63,183 nucleotides of DNA from a virus. Taxonomy: Duplodnaviria > Caudoviricetes. The notes beneath the pieces were generated by a model, which was given only the letters and a program-made list of their open reading frames with translations, searched no databases and was not told the DNA's origin. Shown piece by piece: positions 30,311 to 38,280 of this stretch (its first letter is position 1; each line of letters starts with the position of its first letter). A program made the translations under genes and the position numbers. The stretch spans positions 1-63,183 of the IMG/VR virus record IMGVR_UViG_3300035181_001095. One strand, 5' to 3'.

Positions 30311-30394
30311 TGCCCAAAGACGGACTCGAACCGTCAAGGCGTTGCCGCCGAGAGATTTTAAGTCTCTTGTGTCTGCCAATTCCACCATTTGGGC
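30311..30394 (-). tRNA. tRNA-Leu(UAA)
   Basis: GCCCAAA/TTTGGGC acceptor stem, D-loop TGGCAGAC, anticodon arm AGAGA-CTTAAAA-TCTCT, long variable arm, GTTCGAGT T-loop; CCA not encoded. Confidence 0.95.
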
Positions 30395-30459
30395 GTAATC
30401 AAAAACATATAAGCGGCGGCCGATATTACCATCAGCACGCCGCTATAAGTCATGTAAGG

Positions 30460-30867
30460 TTAATAATAAGCTCTAAACCTTACATGTCTAAAGATAGACT
30501 TTTTCTGGATAGTGCCATCCGGTAGCTCTTCCTCTACCGATGCACGACAACTTGTCGCCGCTACACAGCGCACGTCCTGCATGGCAAACGTCTGCCTAAC
30601 AGCATTAACAAACTGGTAAGTAGCCACCATTTCACCCTGAACCAAGATGATACTATGGGGCTGAATAACCGACTCAAGCCATTCATAGACCGGCACCAAA
30701 TGGGCCTGAATATTCCACATATTTGCATCTGCTGGAATATTAGCCCAGATGTCTAAAAACTCTTTCGGTGGATAAAGAAAATCAGTGACACCAAGAGTTT
30801 CATGAGCATCATCCTGTTGCTCCGCCGTGAGCTTGTGGTTCATCAGAACAATCATTGTTTTAGCCAT
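30460..30867 (-). CDS. csx20: Csx20-family protein (putative cyclic oligoadenylate ring nuclease; anti-type III CRISPR candidate)
   Basis: NH.LT.EQ..DA...LGV..F..P.....W.NIP, VQGE..ATY..V, ATS.R.SVE....G...K.S.F.HVRFR.Y, as in Csx20. Confidence 0.8.
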   Translation of the reverse strand: MAKTMIVLMNHKLTAEQQDDAHETLGVTDFLYPPKEFLDIWANIPADANMWNIQAHLVPVYEWLESVIQPHSIILVQGEMVATYQFVNAVRQTFAMQDVRCVAATSCRASVEEELPDGTIQKKSIFRHVRFRAYY

Positions 30868-30914
30868 TGTTGTTTCCTCCGTATGGATTTGGATTTGATA
30901 TTAACACATGAGTT

Positions 30915-31322
30915 TTAGCATGCAAAAAACTTCCTAAACCTAACGTATTGTGGCATCTCTTTTTTGATAATACTCCCATCTGGTTGCATCTCTGCAATCG
31001 TACTCCAACGTATTACTGGAGTAATACATGTAGTCTTTTTATGTTTATACATCCAATTAACAATATAACACGTTGCTACAATATCACCATCTATAAGTAA
31101 TAAATCGTAGGGCTTGGGTGATACACTCTCTAACCAATCAAAGATTGTGTTAATGTAATCTAATAAATCCCAACTACAAATCTCTGGTGGAATTGAAACC
31201 CATCTCTTTAATATCTCATCTGGTGCATAGATTATTTCATCATCCACGTTGAGATATTCTCGAACATCCTTAATCTGCACATCCGTTATCTTGTTTTGTG
31301 TTAATACAAACAACCTTACCAT
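30915..31322 (-). CDS. Csx20-like paralog with altered conserved residues
   Basis: Aligns end to end with 30460-30867 (W.SIPP, DGD.VAT, PDGSIIKK, YVRFR); CAGGAGGA RBS before ATG 31322. Confidence 0.72.
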   Translation of the reverse strand: MVRLFVLTQNKITDVQIKDVREYLNVDDEIIYAPDEILKRWVSIPPEICSWDLLDYINTIFDWLESVSPKPYDLLLIDGDIVATCYIVNWMYKHKKTTCITPVIRWSTIAEMQPDGSIIKKEMPQYVRFRKFFAC

Positions 31323-31326
31323 AATT

Positions 31327-31539
31327 CTATCCTCCTGATTCAATACAAGGGCCATTTATCCAACAGGCGTCTATTACATCTATAAAATCTTCCAAGAAAT
31401 CTAACGAATAGAGTTGAGTATCATCACCCCATTTATAAAACAAAAACAATTCATCTAACTGAATAAAAAAGCAATCTACGATTGTAAATTTCTTCTTTAG
31501 GTCTAATAAGGTTTCATCAAATGACTTCTCCATAATCAT
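31327..31539 (-). CDS. Small acidic hypothetical protein
   Basis: 70 aa; L..KKF...D.FF resembles 31536-31769. Confidence 0.55.
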   Translation of the reverse strand: MIMEKSFDETLLDLKKKFTIVDCFFIQLDELFLFYKWGDDTQLYSLDFLEDFIDVIDACWINGPCIESGG

Positions 31540-31769
31540 CCCCCCTTTATCTTCTTTAACTCTTGATTATACCAATTATTCACATCAAAGAGGTCAATTT
31601 TACAATCCCATACCAATAAGTAGATTTCAGATAGAATGTCGTTGGGGTCATCAGTTGACTTTACACGCCCCAAACACGCACGTAAATTTTCAAAAAATTC
31701 ATCAAGAACATTAAATTTTTTTTGAAAAAAATCTACCAACAAAAGCTTTTCCTGTTCTGATATAGCCAT
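31536..31769 (-). CDS. Small hypothetical protein
   Basis: 77 aa; CAGGAGGAG RBS. Confidence 0.6.
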   Translation of the reverse strand: MAISEQEKLLLVDFFQKKFNVLDEFFENLRACLGRVKSTDDPNDILSEIYLLVWDCKIDLFDVNNWYNQELKKIKGG

Positions 31770-31789
31770 AATTTTCTCCTCCTGTTAAT

Positions 31790-32659
31790 TTATTTCTGTG
31801 CTTTATAATCTTCCCATGGAACAGTATTATATATTGCTTTATGGTTACACCATCGGGCAAAATGTTTTTGCTCTTGTGTCGGCTCATTGCCTTCCATATC
31901 TCTATATGGTTGGCAAAATGGATTAACATATATGCCTTTCAAAAACCGCACCCTTTCCAAAGCATCATCAATATCCTTAACAAGAACATAGCAAAAATAC
32001 TTGGATGGTGTAACATTATGCCATCGTAATAATTCAACAGCTTTCCGAACTGACTCCATCATTGAAAGAGAATCACAAGCTAAACGTATATATGGTGACC
32101 ATTTAACCTTACCAAGCAAACGTGCGATACCATCATCAATCAACCGTGCATCAAGCCCTTGGTTAAAATCTACTTTTAATCCCAATTTGGCTATCTTCTC
32201 AATCTGGGCTATCCCATGAGGATGAGCCAATACATTATTATCCATCAAAACAACTTCTTTATGCCTCGCAAAATCCTCTATATCGTGATGAGCTCTTATC
32301 TTGCCTTCTTTCCTTGGAACAAAACACCAAGGACACGACCTAATACAACCTCGTGTCAAAAAACCATAAGATTTATCACAATTATAAAGGCTATAATCAG
32401 GCACCATGTTTTCAACTTCATCATCTAATGTTTTGGTAATATCAAATCCTGTGCCACCATATACTGTTATTTCTGGTGGCAAATATAGATTTGATGGTGT
32501 CCATGTAAAAATTTTTGACGTATAAATTCTATCATAACCCCCCATAATCGGATTAAACCATTCCACTGTATCACCATGGGCTTTATGCCATGCAGACAGT
32601 TTCATTAAAGCTAAATTCGGATAACCGTTATTCTCATGGTCATAAAGCCCAATCTTCAT
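31790..32659 (-). CDS. Radical SAM protein (phage-type, PNLALMKLS N-domain)
   Basis: TRGCIRSCPWC CxxxCxxC, MDNNVLA, VDFNQGLDAR; GGAGG RBS before ATG 32659. Confidence 0.9.
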   Translation of the reverse strand: MKIGLYDHENNGYPNLALMKLSAWHKAHGDTVEWFNPIMGGYDRIYTSKIFTWTPSNLYLPPEITVYGGTGFDITKTLDDEVENMVPDYSLYNCDKSYGFLTRGCIRSCPWCFVPRKEGKIRAHHDIEDFARHKEVVLMDNNVLAHPHGIAQIEKIAKLGLKVDFNQGLDARLIDDGIARLLGKVKWSPYIRLACDSLSMMESVRKAVELLRWHNVTPSKYFCYVLVKDIDDALERVRFLKGIYVNPFCQPYRDMEGNEPTQEQKHFARWCNHKAIYNTVPWEDYKAQK

Positions 32660-32681
32660 TGACTTGAATACAATCCTCCGT

Positions 32682-33818
32682 TTATTTTTGTGTATCAAAA
32701 CCTCTAATAATATAATTAAAATTCTTATCTGGGGAAGTAATTCGATATATATTAGTAAGCCCAGATAATTGATAAATATATACTTGACTCCCACATACAT
32801 TCAACAAGGAAGTTAATTGAGACGCATATACAGTTAAGTCTAATTCTTTATCAGAGTCAATTGCGCAATTCATTCTTCTCTTGCGTAAGTTATCATCACT
32901 TACAATTTCAGCTTGTTGTTGTTTAGCTTTAATAGTTACTGGTCTATCACCATTACCCATCGTTGCATACTGAATATCTTGCAATAAAGCTTTAGTAGCA
33001 AACCCTGAAAAATAATCAACACCCAATTTAATAAAATCATGAACCGCAGACGGAAACTCTTTGGTAATACCACAAATCATACGATATGTATCATATTCAA
33101 AAGATATATAATCACCATGCTGCTTAACTATGATTTGGTCACTTCTTTTCTTTTTTAGTTTTGTTAACCAAGCTATTGCATCTCGTGGCACCACAATACG
33201 ACCAAAAGGCCACGCAGTCTCCATCTCAAAATCATAATACATTAAACGCATACTATCAGTGCGTAAAATCACTAAACTATTGGATTGTAAAGGATGACTA
33301 TTCAAGACTACACTATTAAAATGTGTATCTTTCCACCCTTTATTCGGTGGAATAACTTTCAATAAATTTTTGATAACATCAAAGAAATCGAATGATAAAT
33401 AAACAACATCATCAAATTCAAATGTATTTAATATATTTATATAACTATCATCTGGCTCGGATGACCAATCATTATAAAGTATATCATCCTTGCACATAAT
33501 CTTAAGAGTATCTTTATCATACTTAAACGTAACAACATCATTCTTATCAAGTGTCCTAAATGCAGGCAATAAATCAAAGGCGTGTGGAATCCCAAACATT
33601 CCTTGACCTGCACAGTTTTCAACATCAATATAAGCATAATAATCACTATACTTATAATGATTATTATTATGAGCTTTAACATTTACACATAGCTCACATT
33701 GTGTCTTTAGGATACGACAATTCACATCATAATAACATTTAGGTGTCAATAACTTGGCTTTTGACAAGGATTCTAATTTTTCCAGTAAGTCACTTACTTT
33801 GCATGTAAATTCTATCAT
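32682..33818 (-). CDS. Divergent DNA polymerase III beta-clamp-like protein
   Basis: ~378 aa; M.F......L...L start, central TD..RL, VVPR.A...L, FP and three-domain beta pattern resembling DnaN. Confidence 0.55.
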   Translation of the reverse strand: MIEFTCKVSDLLEKLESLSKAKLLTPKCYYDVNCRILKTQCELCVNVKAHNNNHYKYSDYYAYIDVENCAGQGMFGIPHAFDLLPAFRTLDKNDVVTFKYDKDTLKIMCKDDILYNDWSSEPDDSYINILNTFEFDDVVYLSFDFFDVIKNLLKVIPPNKGWKDTHFNSVVLNSHPLQSNSLVILRTDSMRLMYYDFEMETAWPFGRIVVPRDAIAWLTKLKKKRSDQIIVKQHGDYISFEYDTYRMICGITKEFPSAVHDFIKLGVDYFSGFATKALLQDIQYATMGNGDRPVTIKAKQQQAEIVSDDNLRKRRMNCAIDSDKELDLTVYASQLTSLLNVCGSQVYIYQLSGLTNIYRITSPDKNFNYIIRGFDTQK

Positions 33819-33822
33819 GGTT

Positions 33823-33939
33823 TTATCTCCTAAATAATTTATAAATAAATGGTGTAATAAATTCATCAAATAAACATATCAATGTAAAACATACTATAAA
33901 ACATAAAAACGAAATAATAAGCAAAAAGATAAATTCCAT
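33823..33939 (-). CDS. 38-aa membrane peptide
   Basis: GAAAGGGGATT RBS; MEFIFLLIISFLCFIVCFTLICLFDEF...; below the ORF-track cutoff. Confidence 0.55.
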   Translation of the reverse strand: MEFIFLLIISFLCFIVCFTLICLFDEFITPFIYKLFRR

Positions 33940-33942
33940 AAT

Positions 33943-34173
33943 TCAATCCCCTTTCATATTTTGTATCTTATTTTTTGATTTAAATGCCTTTATGCAATCT
34001 TTTTCAGTAATACCAAGTTCTGTAAAAAAATCGATTAAAAACATAGACTTACCCTCGATACCAACAAAAGAATCAAACCATCCGCTTATGTTTAATCTTT
34101 GCCTCGAGGGTACCCAAGTAATGTTAATACCATTATCTGCACTATCGGTTGTTAAATAGATTGTTTTTGGCAT
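33943..34173 (-). CDS. Hypothetical protein
   Basis: 76 aa; GAGGG RBS. Confidence 0.6.
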   Translation of the reverse strand: MPKTIYLTTDSADNGINITWVPSRQRLNISGWFDSFVGIEGKSMFLIDFFTELGITEKDCIKAFKSKNKIQNMKGD

Positions 34174-34181
34174 TTTTCCCT

Positions 34182-34412
34182 CTATGAAGTGAGATAATCT
34201 TTGGTGACATTAAAGAATTCTTTAGGTGGGAGCTGAAATGACGACACAAATTCCCGCCACGGCTCATACGGTTTATCAGCTTCCTCGAATAGTAACTCGA
34301 GGTCTTCATCCATGAGATTTACAAAATCTTCACAGGATGAACCCGTCTGATACAACCAAACCAAATCAGACCAATACGCCCTAAACGCCATTGTAAGATT
34401 AGACTTTTTCAT
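34182..34412 (-). CDS. Small acidic hypothetical protein
   Basis: 76 aa; AAGAAAGGGGG RBS. Confidence 0.6.
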   Translation of the reverse strand: MKKSNLTMAFRAYWSDLVWLYQTGSSCEDFVNLMDEDLELLFEEADKPYEPWREFVSSFQLPPKEFFNVTKDYLTS

Positions 34413-34450
34413 GCTTTCCCCCTTTCTTGGTGTTTTTTGTATATCTAACC

Positions 34451-34942
34451 CTAAACTTTATCCATGTCAATAGGCTGTGGTTTTATTTCAATCGTTTCAT
34501 CCAAGCCTTGGTGCTTCAGAATAACTAATTGCTGCACCGATGAGGACGTATCACTTAAATGACCTGATAATTTAGCCAGTAAATTCAAGGCGCTAACCTT
34601 ATCGGAAGGCTTGGTTTCAGGGTCGTCAATAATTTGACGCAAGGTGATTATAAAAAATTCTTTGCGCAAGTTGTATTCGAACTCCAGTTCTTTTTGAAAG
34701 AACTTGATTGCCTTGCGCACGTTCTCGTTCTGCAAAACTTTATAGCCCCAGGCATGGGCAATTTTGGGGCTGATGCCAACCTTACACGCCGCTTTAAACG
34801 GCGACTGTGTGAGTACAAATTCATGCACAAAAGCCCGTTCTTTAGCAGACTTCAATGTTCGAAAGGCCTTCATGCCTTCTTCAAAGGCTTCAGCCAATGA
34901 AGAGACATCATCCAACGATGCCAACATATCTTTAGTAGCCAT
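34451..34942 (-). CDS. terS: Terminase small subunit
   Basis: K..AFV.EF......KAA.K.G.S...A...G.K.L....V...I HTH and C-terminal K..AL.LL.K..G. Confidence 0.8.
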   Translation of the reverse strand: MATKDMLASLDDVSSLAEAFEEGMKAFRTLKSAKERAFVHEFVLTQSPFKAACKVGISPKIAHAWGYKVLQNENVRKAIKFFQKELEFEYNLRKEFFIITLRQIIDDPETKPSDKVSALNLLAKLSGHLSDTSSSVQQLVILKHQGLDETIEIKPQPIDMDKV

Positions 34943-34954
34943 AATTCTTTCCTC

Positions 34955-34982
34955 CAAAAAATGAAAACGTTTTCATTTTTTG
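34955..34982. promoter_or_regulatory. Palindrome ATGAAAACGTTTTCAT, representative copy between the terS promoter and RBS
   Basis: Copies at 7408, 24313, 30225, 34961, 38821, 44663, 50769 and 62171. Confidence 0.75.
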
Positions 34983-34987
34983 GTCTT

Positions 34988-35058
34988 ATTATAATACAAA
35001 TTTGAATTTTGGCAAGATATAAAATAATCTTGACTTTTTTCCAAAAAAGGCTTATAAT
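34988..35058. promoter_or_regulatory. Divergent sigma70 promoters
   Basis: Minus: TTGCCA-16-TATAAT (35015-34988) toward terS; plus: TTGACT-17-TATAAT (35030-35058). Confidence 0.75.
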
Positions 35059-35091
35059 CGTATCAAATAATAAATGAAAGGGGGATTTACC

Positions 35092-35454
35092 ATGAAAACA
35101 CAACAAAAAACCAAAGAAATGGCACAAACGGTCACAGCACTGGTTGACAGACTTGGTGACCTTGTCCAACAGCAAAAAGCCCTTGAAGCCGAGATTGACC
35201 AAATCAAGGGAGAACTACGAGAAAAAGGGCTTGGTATTTATGAAGGTAATAAGTATATTGCCTCGGTCATTAAAGAAAACCAGGCTATACTGGATGCGGA
35301 AGCGGTTTACAAAAAGGTCGGGAAAGAACATTTCTTGGCATGCTGTAAAGTTCAAATAACAGCGGTCAAGAAGTATCTGTCTGAAATTGACCTGCAAGCA
35401 CTCACCAAAGAATTTAAGGAAATTATTAAAGTTAACTTAAAAGTAAAGAAATAA
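35092..35454 (+). CDS. Coiled-coil, Lys/Glu-rich hypothetical protein
   Basis: GAAAGGGGGA RBS; own promoter and terminator. Confidence 0.65.
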   Translation: MKTQQKTKEMAQTVTALVDRLGDLVQQQKALEAEIDQIKGELREKGLGIYEGNKYIASVIKENQAILDAEAVYKKVGKEHFLACCKVQITAVKKYLSEIDLQALTKEFKEIIKVNLKVKK

Positions 35455-35460
35455 ATCAAA

Positions 35461-35494
35461 CCCTGGGCAACATTGTTGCCCAGGGAATTTTTTT
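35461..35494 (+). terminator. Rho-independent terminator
   Basis: CCCTGGGCAAC-ATT-GTTGCCCAGGG then AATTTTTTT. Confidence 0.8.
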
Positions 35495-35508
35495 GATAAG
35501 GGGGATAT

Positions 35509-35607
35509 ATGGTAGAACTATTCATGTTTAGTGTTGTATTGGTTGGTTTCATGGCTGTTTTTGCATGTAGCGAACAAATTCTCAAGGCATTTCGGAGACA
35601 ACTATGA
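35509..35607 (+). CDS. 32-aa membrane peptide
   Basis: AAGGGGGA RBS; MVELFMFSVVLVGFMAVFACSEQ...; ATGA overlap with the next gene. Confidence 0.55.
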   Translation: MVELFMFSVVLVGFMAVFACSEQILKAFRRQL

Positions 35608-35963
35608 CGTGCTATTTCCTATCTAACCAACAAGTCCCTTTAGAATTATTATTCGACCCATCAGATAATATCATTTATCCATCAGACAGAATTCGTGAAA
35701 TCATGATGCTGCAGGATAATCTGGCAAATGATGAGGTATTATACTTCAGGGATGAAATCGTTAAAGAAATTTTATCCCATAATACTCACCAAATCTTTAT
35801 ATTTATAAATAATTTTCGTTTAAGTTTTTCCGTGGCAGCCTTTTTAATAATCCAACATAATAGCACCATTTGGGCACCACGTTTTGAATGGGAACAAAAA
35901 CAACAAGGAACAGCAAAAGTATTTTATCCAAAAATCACAGGAAAGGAGCGTCTCGTATGGTAA
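35604..35963 (+). CDS. Hypothetical protein, possibly a distant Csx20-like paralog
   Basis: YFLSNQ, IIYPSD.I and C-terminal P.F.W....G pattern loosely parallel to 30915-31322. Confidence 0.4.
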   Translation: MTCYFLSNQQVPLELLFDPSDNIIYPSDRIREIMMLQDNLANDEVLYFRDEIVKEILSHNTHQIFIFINNFRLSFSVAAFLIIQHNSTIWAPRFEWEQKQQGTAKVFYPKITGKERLVW

Positions 35964-36220
35964 ACAATTCTATTACTATTAACTGGTGTTCTGGCAAACG
36001 AACATGCCAATATTATGACAAACAAAAAAACTTAACCAATTGTAAGTTTCTAAATTTTATCAATATGCGACCAAAATGTTTTTTACTTAATACATATTTG
36101 GAAATGCAAGGTAATCTTGTAATGAGATTGCCCGATTGTCTCAAACATACCAGCAAACCAAAAAATAACACAAGGAGGCATTATGGCCAAAGCCAACCAA
36201 CAACAAATGGTAATTACTAA
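35957..36220 (+). CDS. Cys-rich hypothetical protein
   Basis: AAAGGAG RBS; C....C, CKF, KC.L, R...C. Confidence 0.55.
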   Translation: MVNNSITINWCSGKRTCQYYDKQKNLTNCKFLNFINMRPKCFLLNTYLEMQGNLVMRLPDCLKHTSKPKNNTRRHYGQSQPTTNGNY

Positions 36221-36821
36221 ATTAGTGCAGCAATTCCTCCAAGCCATGCACAAAGAAAGTGATGGCTGGGTTAACACAGCAATTACATCATGGGAAATCT
36301 ACAAAGGCAAAGAATGGCAATCTTTGAATTACAAGAGCTTCAAAGAATTTGTTAAAACAGAATTTGCCAACACGATAAGTTATGAAATGTTCCTATATAA
36401 AGTTAAAATCGGGAAAGTGATTGAAAAATACAATCTGGAACCTGAACTTTTAATTGATATGGGATGGACAAAATTCAATGAGATAGCCAAACTCGCTTTG
36501 AATGTATCTTTAGAGGCGGCCGAAGTCTTGGATATGATTGAGGAGGCTAAAGAGCTACCTTTCAGAGCTGTGCAAACAAAAATCCATGAAAAATACCGAG
36601 AAGCAAATAAAAGCCCTGAACATGTCAAATTCAGCTTGAACCCTGAACAATATGAAATCTACAAGGAGGCATTGCAAATTGCCCGTGATTTGGCAGTAAC
36701 AGGCAACCCTAATGTAGCATTGACTTATATCTGTTCAGAGTTCATCATGCACCATGCAGGGCAGGATAGCCCTACAGCCCAAGCTATCAGAAAATCCGTC
36801 GAGCAATTCGATGTGGAATGA
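36183..36821 (+). CDS. Putative DNA-binding protein
   Basis: W.....Y.SF.EF...E and G..K..E pattern (DUF3102-like, by eye); AAGGAGG RBS. Confidence 0.5.
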   Translation: MAKANQQQMVITKLVQQFLQAMHKESDGWVNTAITSWEIYKGKEWQSLNYKSFKEFVKTEFANTISYEMFLYKVKIGKVIEKYNLEPELLIDMGWTKFNEIAKLALNVSLEAAEVLDMIEEAKELPFRAVQTKIHEKYREANKSPEHVKFSLNPEQYEIYKEALQIARDLAVTGNPNVALTYICSEFIMHHAGQDSPTAQAIRKSVEQFDVE

Positions 36822-38175
36822 GCTTCACGAATGTATAGTAAAAGGCACACCTCTTATTTATATCCAAACAGAAGAGGTGAACAGGGTGGAGACTTATGTC
36901 AAAAGCATAGTTTCCACCCTGCGTAATTGTAAATATACCCCCGCTTCCGCATTGCCAACTGTCGAAGCCTGGACACAGCCACGACAATACTCACCACCCC
37001 AACAGGTGGTATTTATTAAAGGCTGGAATCATACAATTGTGAATGTCAGTTTAGAACGCATTCAAAATTTGTATCAAAAAACAGGCTTAACCGTTATTAT
37101 AGCGGGAACAAAACCCATCCCAACGGAATATAAGCAATACATATTACAGCTTATACTCCCACCATTGACTGAACAAGAACGCAAGGACATCATAAGCCAG
37201 TTTATCAATACGACAAATGTAACAAAACTTATTGATGCCACTCGAAATCTAACCACCTCTCAAATTATTGGCGCTTTAACTCACGCTATCAATCCTGAAA
37301 CCAAAAGCGTGAATATACAAAAAATTTATACTTATAAAAATCAAATTTTTAATAATCAACAATTACTAACTTATATTCCTGCCACGATTGATATGGAACA
37401 AGTCGGTGGTTTGAATACTCTTAAACAATGGTTATGCCAAACAGCCAAGATTTACCAAAATCTGGATGCTGCCATGAAATATGGACTTAAACCTGTCAAA
37501 GGGATGTTCTTATTAGGTATCCCAGGAACAGGCAAAACCCTCGTGGCAAAAATGGCAGCAACGTTGTTAAAATTGCCACTATACCAGTTTAATATTCAGA
37601 GCGTATTACATAGCTTGGTTGGGGAATCTGAACAGTATTTTTACCAGGCATTACAAACAATGGACAACCTTGCACCAGCCGTTATTCTATGTGATGAAAT
37701 CGAGAAAGCTTTTGCAGGGCATAACTCAAATAATGATAGTGGTGTAACAAATCGTTTGTTAGGAATGTTTTTAGGATATTTACAGGATGCAAATAACAAT
37801 AACTTCTTTGCATGCACAGCAAATAATATATCTCAATTACCACCTGAACTACTGCGGAAGGGTCGCTTCGATGAGATATGGTTTGTAAATACACCAACAC
37901 CATCAGATAGATTACAAATTATAAAGATACATTTACCGGAACAATACCATCATTTTAACTTGGACAAAATCAATGAATATATGACCGATTTTACAGGTGC
38001 TGAAATTGAAAATTGTATCCAACAAGCATTAAGGCAAACGTTTTATGAAAATACTCCATTAACCGAGGATATAATAATCAATCAAGCACAACAAATAAAA
38101 CCATTATGCAGTATCAAAAAAGATGAATTACAGGAATTAGTGGATAAATTTGGGAAACAAATTAGGCAGGCATAA
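36811..38175 (+). CDS. AAA+ ATPase, Ycf46-like
   Basis: VGGL..LK.W, GIPGTGKT, SLVGESE, CDEIEK, TANNI..LPPELLRKGRFDEIWFV. Confidence 0.88.
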   Translation: MWNELHECIVKGTPLIYIQTEEVNRVETYVKSIVSTLRNCKYTPASALPTVEAWTQPRQYSPPQQVVFIKGWNHTIVNVSLERIQNLYQKTGLTVIIAGTKPIPTEYKQYILQLILPPLTEQERKDIISQFINTTNVTKLIDATRNLTTSQIIGALTHAINPETKSVNIQKIYTYKNQIFNNQQLLTYIPATIDMEQVGGLNTLKQWLCQTAKIYQNLDAAMKYGLKPVKGMFLLGIPGTGKTLVAKMAATLLKLPLYQFNIQSVLHSLVGESEQYFYQALQTMDNLAPAVILCDEIEKAFAGHNSNNDSGVTNRLLGMFLGYLQDANNNNFFACTANNISQLPPELLRKGRFDEIWFVNTPTPSDRLQIIKIHLPEQYHHFNLDKINEYMTDFTGAEIENCIQQALRQTFYENTPLTEDIIINQAQQIKPLCSIKKDELQELVDKFGKQIRQA

Positions 38176-38274
38176 AATATAAGCAGCGTAAGCTATTAGA
38201 GAACCAAGAAAGGGGATTTTCAAGGGGGTGGCCATGTAAAAATGGCTATCAGGAGGAGACTTACGCTGCTTATG
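38172..38274 (-). ncRNA. Candidate sRNA with closing stem and anti-Shine-Dalgarno loops
   Basis: Downstream of a consensus promoter, no ORF; 14-bp perfect 5'/3' stem (38179-38192 with 38260-38273); CU-rich interior. Confidence 0.6.
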
Positions 38275-38280
38275 TTTATT

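Noticed and set aside
30311-30394. tRNA as an attP site or prophage boundary
   Set aside because: No integrase, no duplicated tRNA 3' end and no host genes in the window
30295-30525. 76-aa plus-strand ORF
   Set aside because: Antisense to tRNA-Leu and the Csx20-like gene; shadow ORF
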